NCBI GenBank assembly: GCA_051294375.1 | Contig: JBJCIZ010000239.1 | Location: 1,506,581-1,570,580 of the forward strand | Source of the DNA: Paraspadella gotoi | Lineage: Eukaryota > Animalia > Chaetognatha | Direction of reading: 5' to 3' | Length of the DNA: 64,000 bases | In this document: piece after piece, positions 56,287 through 64,000 of the stretch | Layout of the letters: every line of letters starts with the position of its first letter | Position numbering within the stretch: position 1 is the stretch's first letter | Program-made: the position numbers and the translations under genes | Notes under the pieces: generated by a model | Database searches by the model: none | What the model saw: only the letters and a program-made list of their open reading frames with translations | What the model was told of the DNA's origin: nothing

Positions 56287-58806
56287 TTAAAACAACGGCT
56301 TCCAAACGTTTCCTTTCCAAGAGCCAAAAGAGTCTTTGGTTTTTTGAAAAACGGCGGGAGGTCTGTTGTTTTTCTTCGCTACCTTGACGACGATATCCTT
56401 GAGCCGCCACGACGTTTCCAGATCCCGAATTTTAGTTCGAATTTTGTCCAAACGATCCAAGGAACCGTCCATGGACGAATGACCGAAAGGCGTGGCGAAG
56501 AAGACTCGCAACCGTTCAAGGAACGGACTAGTGGAGGCGAAATCGATAACCAATTCCCAAGTCTCGTCGCCCCGAATCGGAAGATCGACGGCGAGGGGAT
56601 TGACGCCCCGGAATACAGCGTCCATCGCTCGTTCGGCGAGTAGTTCACCGCCGGAATTCACCGTCACGTCCAATGCGACGAGCGACTTCGTCTCCGCCAA
56701 GACGACGCCCAAAGACTTTTCTTGTTCCCGCGTGTCCACGCGGACCGTCAATTCGCGGAGGAATTCGAACGTCCTATTCGCTGAATACATGTCGTATTCG
56801 ATGGCGGAAGCCGCTGCGATGGGACAGATCTCGAGGCATTCCAAGAGCCGAGGAATCTGGAGAAAAAATGCGACGACTTTGGCGGGAACGCGACCGCGAA
56901 CGCGAAGACGGCGAAAGTAAAAACGATAAAAGTGGTTGGGACGATCGTAGACGCCGGTATTAAAGTATTCGTCTTCGCCGCCGACCTCGTCCTCGGGAAA
57001 GACGATCGTCGCACGCTCGAGATTCTTCGCTTCTTGACAAAACGAGACGCAGGGCCCGAAATCGGAAGGAGTCTTCGACCGAATCGTGACTTCGGTGAAT
57101 CGAGTGGTAATCGTATGAAAATCGTACAACGATTTGGAAGAAAGAGAAAAATTTGAGAAGCGAATCTCCTCGAGTTCCTCGCGTCGGTCGAGGTTTTTGA
57201 AGAGACGACGTTCGAGATCGTCCGGGAGAAAATCGTCTCCGCAGGGAAGGGAGACTTGAAAGCGTCGAAGGCGCCGAGACAATCCCGCGAAAAGGGCGGG
57301 ATGGCGCGGGTTGAAAAGAACAAGTCTGTGGACGACGAAGCTTTCCAAGTTGCGAAGATGACGAAAGACCATGGCCAGGGTGGGCTCGTCCAGCTCCATG
57401 TTCGTCACTGTCAGGTGTATTAAGTTGTCGGCGAGTAATGAAGGTTGAGAATCGCTGTTGTAAAAAAATGTAAGGATTCAACATAATACTACAACTAGTT
57501 CGCGTTAAGAGATAAAAAACCGGCCATAGAATCGGGTTAAGATTGATTTGAATAACAGACAACCTTCATAATTTATCAAAATTCCAAACCTACTTAAAAA
57601 ACAAGCTCGTCATGTCCATCCCAAACGTCTTGAGTTCTAAGCTTCCCAGCTTATCGCAATTCTGCAGCGGCGCGAAGAACCTCGGCTCAGCTTTCGTCAA
57701 CCGGTACACGGTGACTTGGATCTTGCCACGCCAGGCGTGGCCGAGCAGCGCCAGGCCCAGGAGGCTCTCCAGACGCGATATCAACTCGATATCCTCGGGA
57801 AGAAAAGCTCCGGAGAGACGCTCCAGCCGCGGAAAGACTGGATTCCGGATCTCGGCGACGCCGGAGAGGACTCGCACGAAACGGGCGTCGGCCGGCATCG
57901 AGAGGCGCCGTAGCCGATCGTTGAGCGGCTCGAGAGCTTGAGCCAGAGCCTTCGAGGCTCGGTCCATCTCGTCCGGGTAGCAGACGATGTGTTCGCGAAA
58001 GGCCCCGGAGAAGTCGAGCTCCGTCAGCGAGGAGAGATGGGAGAAGGAAAAAGAGCGGAGGAGGAGGAGAGGGTCGGCGGAAGATTCGGAGTCGTTTTCG
58101 ATCTCGAAGCCGGGGCTGCGGCTGAGGCGGAGACACTTGAGCTGCGGCTGGCGGAGGTGAACGAATTCGGAGGAGAATCGGAGGAAGCGCATCCATTCTT
58201 GGCCTTTGCGGGGGAAGGGGGGGGCAGGGGGTGTGTTGAAGTGGGCCGTTAAACTTAGAGTGCTCGAGTGCTTGTATAGGAGCGGAACCGATTCTATGAT
58301 TTATTCATAGACTTACTAAACAATATCGATGAAAAGATAAAAACAAAAAAGAAACGCATGCTTATTGAACTCCTCTCGCCTTAAGCAGAGGAGTTTTAAA
58401 AAACCATTTTGTAACCTATTTCAAATACATTTTAAATTTTAAATTTTCGTAAGGTAAAATCCCCGCCTCGACCACCTTTTCCCCCCTTTTCAACTGACCG
58501 AAATCGATACGACACCAAAGCCGCGGTTCGTTAGCGACGACGCGAAAAAATCTGCACGTTGCCGAGACCGAAATCAAATCCCTGAGATCCAAATATCGCA
58601 GAATTTTCTCCCAAACTTCGCGCGGAATCATCGGCGAGGTCATCGTCGCGTTTTTCGTCCACGGGCGAGGGTCGTTGCCGGGACGGAAAATGGGAACTTT
58701 GTGGACTTTGCCAGCGGAGTGAGTCGGACGGAGGGAAAGGGTTCTCGCCACGCGAAAGCGAAAGTCTACCGAGTTTACCCTTCGGCCGCTCTCCCTTCTC
58801 TTTCAT
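56287..58806 (-). CDS. F-box protein with LRR-like solenoid (multi-exon)
   Basis: F-box MIPREVWEKILRYLDLRDLISVSATCRFFRVVANEPRLWCRIDF, followed by LxxLxL segments (LSSLTELDFS, LRRLSM, LGSLELK, LRNLESFVV, LRELTV). Confidence 0.75.
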
Positions 58807-59302
58807 CTGGGAATAAAAAAAAAAAAAAAAAAAAACAATTGCGAGAGTAGTAGTAGTAATAATAATAATGTTAACGGAGAAATTCCAGAAAAATATTGAC
58901 AAACTCGGTGCTTGAAAAAAAATCTTGAATTTGAACTTTTTTGGGGGGAAAATTTTGGTTCGCCGCTCCCTTTACAATGTAGACTCGAGAAAATAAAGGC
59001 GAACGGAAAAACCAAAAAAGGCGGTGAGCCTTTTTGAAAAAACCTGATATTTAAACGCGCGAGCGATCAGAGTTTGTCGAAGAAGAAGGAGAATCAATTG
59101 TGAAAAAAAATAATGCGAATAAAATTCGATGAAAATAATTATTTGTGACGATGAGAGGAAAAACAAAAGGCGGAACGACTAGGAATTTGAGGGGTAGGGT
59201 GGGGGCCGGGGGGGGGAGTAAAAGGGGGGATGGAAAGAGAGAAGAGAAGAGGAGAGAGAGAGAGAGGAAAATAAAAGGCCAAAACGGCGCGCCTTCGTCC
59301 CT

Positions 59303-62300
59303 TCAGCCATCTTCACCATCAAGTCTGAACAAAACTGGAACCCCGGTGACGCCGTGTTCCGGATCCTCGGACTTCAGCCCTCTCTCCAGCTCCCGCAGCA
59401 GCTTCCATCCTCGCTCCAGCAGTTGGGCCGGCTCCTCGATCGCTTCGGGCACGTCGCGAGGCGGATTCTTGTCCAGCGCCTCCAACAAACTCCTCAATCC
59501 GTGAACCTCGACGATCGTGGGGACGGGCTTGACGCGCTCCTTCTTCCGGTTCGACGTCTTCTTGCTTCGCTCTTTGATTCCCTGATTGGCGACGGCGACG
59601 CCTTTGAGGTCCTCGGCGATGATGGTACCGTTTACGGGAGGAGGCGGAGCCGGAAGTGGGACTTCCGGTTTTAGATCGACCTCTAAAACGCGCCCGTTTG
59701 ACTCGGCCTCCACCGGAGCCGGAGGCGTGGTCTCTTTCTGCGCGTTCCAGGGCGAGAAGGCGAGATCCTCCCAGTTTTTGGCGTAGGAGTGATCGATGGC
59801 GATCACCATTTTCGGCGGAAGAGTCGAGGTAGGTGGGCGTGGCTCCGACGCCGGCTCCGTCTTGACCGTCGTTGCGGAGGGCGCCGTCGAAGCGGCATCG
59901 CTTTCTATCTTCGGCGTACTTTCCAACGGCGGAGTCGGCGGACGCGGCGGCGGCGCGGAAGACAGAACCTGACTCTCCCAGAAGGAAAATATGGAGAGTT
60001 TCTTCTTCTTCTTTTTCCTTTTATTTTCGTCTTCGTCTTTATCACAGTTTTGGTCCGGCGGGGACGGAGCGGCGTCGAGCGTCGTGACCCAAGGGAAATA
60101 TTTATCGTCGGATTCCAACTCCGGAGATTGAGGTCCTGAGAATGATGAGGCGTCGCGGTCGGGAAGATTGGGGGATTGAGTCTTGGCCGTCTTTTTCCGC
60201 ACTTTCTTCCGAGACGTCTCGGCGAGGTGGGAGATTCCTGAGGGAAGAAAATATAACGTGATATAGGCTAACAGCTTTTAAACAATATTACTGGCAATAT
60301 TTCCCACACCGACCTGTAAAGGCCCTGACGTAGCGTTCCAAAACGAACCAGTGGATCTGTAGGAAGAAGGGATAACGAAACTTAGTGGGAACGCGCGTCG
60401 CCACCTCCAGATTGGCGATGCGCAGCTGCTCGGATATCGAGTAGCTGTGGAGGAAGTTGCCGCCGAAGACGAGGGAGTCGCGCGGGGTGTAGACTGCGTG
60501 GATCCAACCCGTTGGGATCATGAAAGTGTCACCGGCCTGAAGGGGGGGGAAGGATTTTCGAGTTTTAGTGAATATTCTTTTCAAAAGAAGCTTAATTATA
60601 ACTTATGTATCTATTTATGGATATGTCCTGTATATATCCTGTCAGACAGACCGAGCAAAAAGTGACCGAGAAGTGACTCATTTCTTACTTTGAGACGAAA
60701 CCTTTGACAATCCTTGACTCGATCCGCGAAGAAGGAACGAAACTGAAATCCCGAGAGAGTCCATCTTTCGAATTCCAGCAGATTTCCTTCCGTGGGCGGA
60801 ATCAGCCAGAAAATCTAGAGAAGGGCGAAGAGAGAAGAAGGATGTTTTTATCTTTTCTCTTGGGCTATCGGTTTTTAATCTAGTTTTTCGACTAATTAAA
60901 ATCATTACATCCGCTCGCTCATCAATATTTTATTTAAAACATTGTCGCTTTCAGATGCTTGATAGAACGTCGGCCTCTCGTGTTAACATACAAAAGTGAG
61001 AACAAATATAGTCGAAGGTGCACCGTCAAGAAATAGGAGTTATTGTCATTTGAAAGGAACCATATCAGGAAATAAAAATACTAAAAATAGAATTAGGAGC
61101 GACACAAACATAAATATAGTAAATAAAATTCCCAGCTTGCCCATTTTGCTCGAGATCACGAATGTAATCGAATACGATATTCTAGTAATTTCTCTCTTCC
61201 CCGCTCTCACCTTACTCCCTCGCAAAACGTGATACCAGACGGAGGTCCCGCCAAAGTCCACGTGAAAGTCCGTGTAGCAACCGGCGACGGACATGAGGCA
61301 ATATTTTTGGACCTTGGGATACCGCATGGTGGCCAGGTTATTGGTGGCGTCGCGGTGGGCGGCCTTGAGCTCGGCGGGCCAAGCGACGTCGACCCAATCG
61401 ACCTCGCGGATGACGCGGGGACCCTCGACGATCGGCGCCAACTTCGTGCGGGAGAATTCGAGGGAGATGACGTTGAGGATCGTGTCGCGTCGCTTGGAGT
61501 CTTCGTAGTATCTGATGAAGGAGAGGAAGGGGAGGAAGAGGGAGGAAGAGGGAGGGGAGGGAAGGTGAGGTGAGGAAGGTGGGGGGGGAGGGGTGGGAGG
61601 GGAGGAAGGGGGAGGGGGGGAAGGGGAGGAAGGTGGATGGGGAGGAAACAGAGAAAAGAGAGAAAAGGGGTAGAGGAAGAATGAGGGGGAAACTTGTTTT
61701 GAAAAATTAAGTTAAATTAAGAATTAGAGTTTTTTTTTCTCGATCAAAGCGAGAGAATTTTAATTTCTTTTTAGTATTTCCTGATTAATTTCTTCCGGTA
61801 CAATTTTAGTCGTTTGAAACACCAACTATCGCAAACGTCGATTTTGGAATTCGTTGCTTTTGATTCTTTTTGATTCGTCCATCTCCCAACAGACCTGACG
61901 AACTGCCAGAGCGGCATGGTGGCGCCTTTCTGCGTCGTCGTGTCCATCACGTCGATCTGTCGACCGGAACCGACGAGGGACTTGACGTCGCCGACGGTGA
62001 AATCCGAATCCGGCATCTGGAAGGCCAGAGGGGGGGGGGAATCGTGCAATTCCGGAGCTATCGCTATTATTTATAATTACAAATAGCTAGATGATACTGG
62101 TTAAATTCAACGCAAGTTCTTCGGCCGACCTTCAGGCCGAGTCCTTCCTTCGAGTGAAACACGAGAGGCCGATTGAAGTCTCCGCGTTGGAAAAACTCGA
62201 CGTCGAAGTCGTCGCCTTTCATCGGACGGACGAGGTTCGAGTCGTAGGCGTCTTGGCAACTCACTTTTTCTGAGGGATGGAAAGAAGGGCTTTGAAAGAA

Positions 62301-63085
62301 GGGCTTTGAAAGAAGGTTGTTTAGGAATCGAAAAAAGGTCGTTGAAGGGCATTTAATAAATTGTTAAAAAGAACAGTGTAGTAAAATCCACTAAAATCCA
62401 TCCTGTAACATCGATTCGAAGCTCAGGGACTGCTTATTGAGCAGTGCATAAATAATAAAAAATAATAAATAAACGGTATTATCACTTTCTCATAACAATT
62501 ACTCTGAAAAGGTACCCTAACCAGAAGTAAAGTCACGAGAATGCGGGAAAATAATATATTAACATCAGGAAAATCTATACGGCGACAAAATCATGAGGGT
62601 AAAAAAGGGGAGAAAACTAGTAGGAGAAGAGATAGAAGGTAGACTAAACCTCGTGAACGCGGCCCTGAATCCCTGGGAGGAGGATGAATGAGAAGGAGAG
62701 GGGTAAATAGACCCGCGTCTGTCTATCACCTTTTATACTGAATTAAACTGTCTCTTCAAGGATTTCAAAAAAAAAAATAAATAAAATCAAAGGTGAAACA
62801 ATCCTCACCGTTAAGATCGAAGCTTCGTTGTCCGTCAATGTAACTCTTCGCCTCGTCGTCCTCGAGATCTTCACTGTAAAATCTCCGCTCTCCTTTCCCT
62901 CGTCGCAGCTTCATCGGGGACACGTCCTCCGCCACGACGGGTAAGTTTCGCTTCCGCGCGGCTTTCGTCGCCGCCGCAGCATCCGCGACCGCCGCCGCAG
63001 CATCCGCCGCTACCGACGCCGCCGTCGCCTTCGTCGTCATCGGCTCACCCTCGCTCCAAACCGTCGAATCATATTGGGCTTTCAT
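59303..63085 (-). CDS. KDM2: KDM2/JHDM1-like JmjC histone H3K36 demethylase, JmjC-only architecture (multi-exon)
   Basis: [58 protein letters not shown] (HxD), [25 protein letters not shown] and KFRYPFF. The post-JmjC helical segment [12 protein letters not shown]...[12 protein letters not shown] is followed by a stop. Confidence 0.9.
61518..61690. repeat. G/A polypurine tract in a KDM2 intron (also at ~52520-52690)
   Basis: Nearly all G/A, with multiple G3+ runs. Confidence 0.75.
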
Positions 63086-63431
63086 GCAGATTGCAGAGTT
63101 CGGAGTGAGGGCCAATTTGATAATAACGATTTAAGATCCGATAGTCACGGCTCGGGAGAAGAAAAGTCAAATGTCACGTCGGACCGGACGATCGGGCATC
63201 GTTCAAAAAAGCCACGGAATTTAACATCCTTTTTCGAAACTATTAAATTTTTTCAACATTTTTTTAAATTAGCGATGAAAAAAAAGGTAGTAAATATAAA
63301 TTTGGAGGATATATAATGAGGGTAACGGCAACGTAAACGTGAATGGATGTCCTTGGCTTTTCTCTATTATTTTTGACTGTATTCTTGTCCGAAGGGAAGA
63401 AAAAAAAAGAACAACACAACCTTTTCATATT

Positions 63432-63741
63432 TCATCGTTTCTTGGATCGCGCAGAGGAAACGCGGAAGGCGAGGAGAAACTCGGGACGTGACTCGCACCT
63501 TTGACACCAACTGGAACGAAATAAGTAAACAAACGTAGATTAAAGGTTTTAAACAAACTATATATTCCCAAATTATCACCTCTCGACGTTCGCCGGGAGC
63601 GCCGCGGCGCCGAATGAGCCCGACCGCACGAGCGCCCAATTGAGGACGTCGGCGAGAGAGAGATCGTCGCCGACGAGCCACTTGCGCGACGCCGTTAATC
63701 GACCCGACAAAGATTTGAGGAGGGACGAGTATTCCTTTTCG
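63432..63741 (-). CDS. AIMP2: Last two exons of a second AIMP2-like gene (63580-63741 and 63432-63510); 5' part lies beyond the window
   Basis: Spliced EKEYSSLLKSLSGRLTASRKWLVGDDLSLADVLNWALVRSGSFGAAALPANVESWCQRCESRPEFLLAF parallels the AIMP2 C-terminus (KEKAAVFRSMNSAL..PWLAGNELTVADVVLW...VPANVQRWMRSCE..APF). Confidence 0.75.
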
Positions 63742-64000
63742 CTGGGATGAGAAGGAGAGAGTTGTCGTTATTAATAGATTAGGATGGGGAGAAAGGATTG
63801 CTTAAAAGTTCTTCTGGGTTATATTTAACCCTCATTGACAATTACAAGTTAAATTAGGCAAGAACGACAATCACATCTAATCCGTTTTGAATTTTCCTAA
63901 CGTCATTTGCATATTGTAATATACTATTATTAAAAATTCAATGGTTTTTGTTGTTTCAACATTTGGTTTATATTTCCGCTTCACTCCAGTGTTTAATAGT

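Overview
This is eukaryotic (invertebrate metazoan-like) genomic DNA: gene-dense, with short AT-rich introns and GC/CpG-rich exons. In order it holds the 3' end of a SOCS-box gene and a 22.5-kb BPTF/NURF301 gene (-) with SMYD and phospholipid scramblase genes nested antisense in its introns. Then come an AIMP2-like gene, eIF4A, axonemal dynein intermediate chain DNAI2, PRELID1, TOM70, a STAND (NB-ARC-like) NTPase-TPR gene, a 1.8-kb 68/76-bp tandem array, maelstrom, an F-box/LRR gene, a JmjC-only KDM2, and the 3' end of a second AIMP2-like gene. The ~9-kb mael/F-box/KDM2 block appears twice around N gaps, most likely an assembly artefact. The main leads are: (1) a possible Maelstrom-STAND-TPR fusion or read-through, whose frame is in register on both sides of the array; (2) a BPTF bromodomain that has lost its acetyl-lysine pocket residues; (3) a KDM2 that stops before CXXC/PHD/F-box, with a free F-box/LRR gene just downstream; (4) two AIMP2 paralogs, one carrying a paired CYSxxC motif also found in the neighbouring BPTF; (5) six candidate GC-AG introns. 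All homology calls come from my manual translation and remembered reference sequences, not from searches. Exon boundaries are manual predictions.
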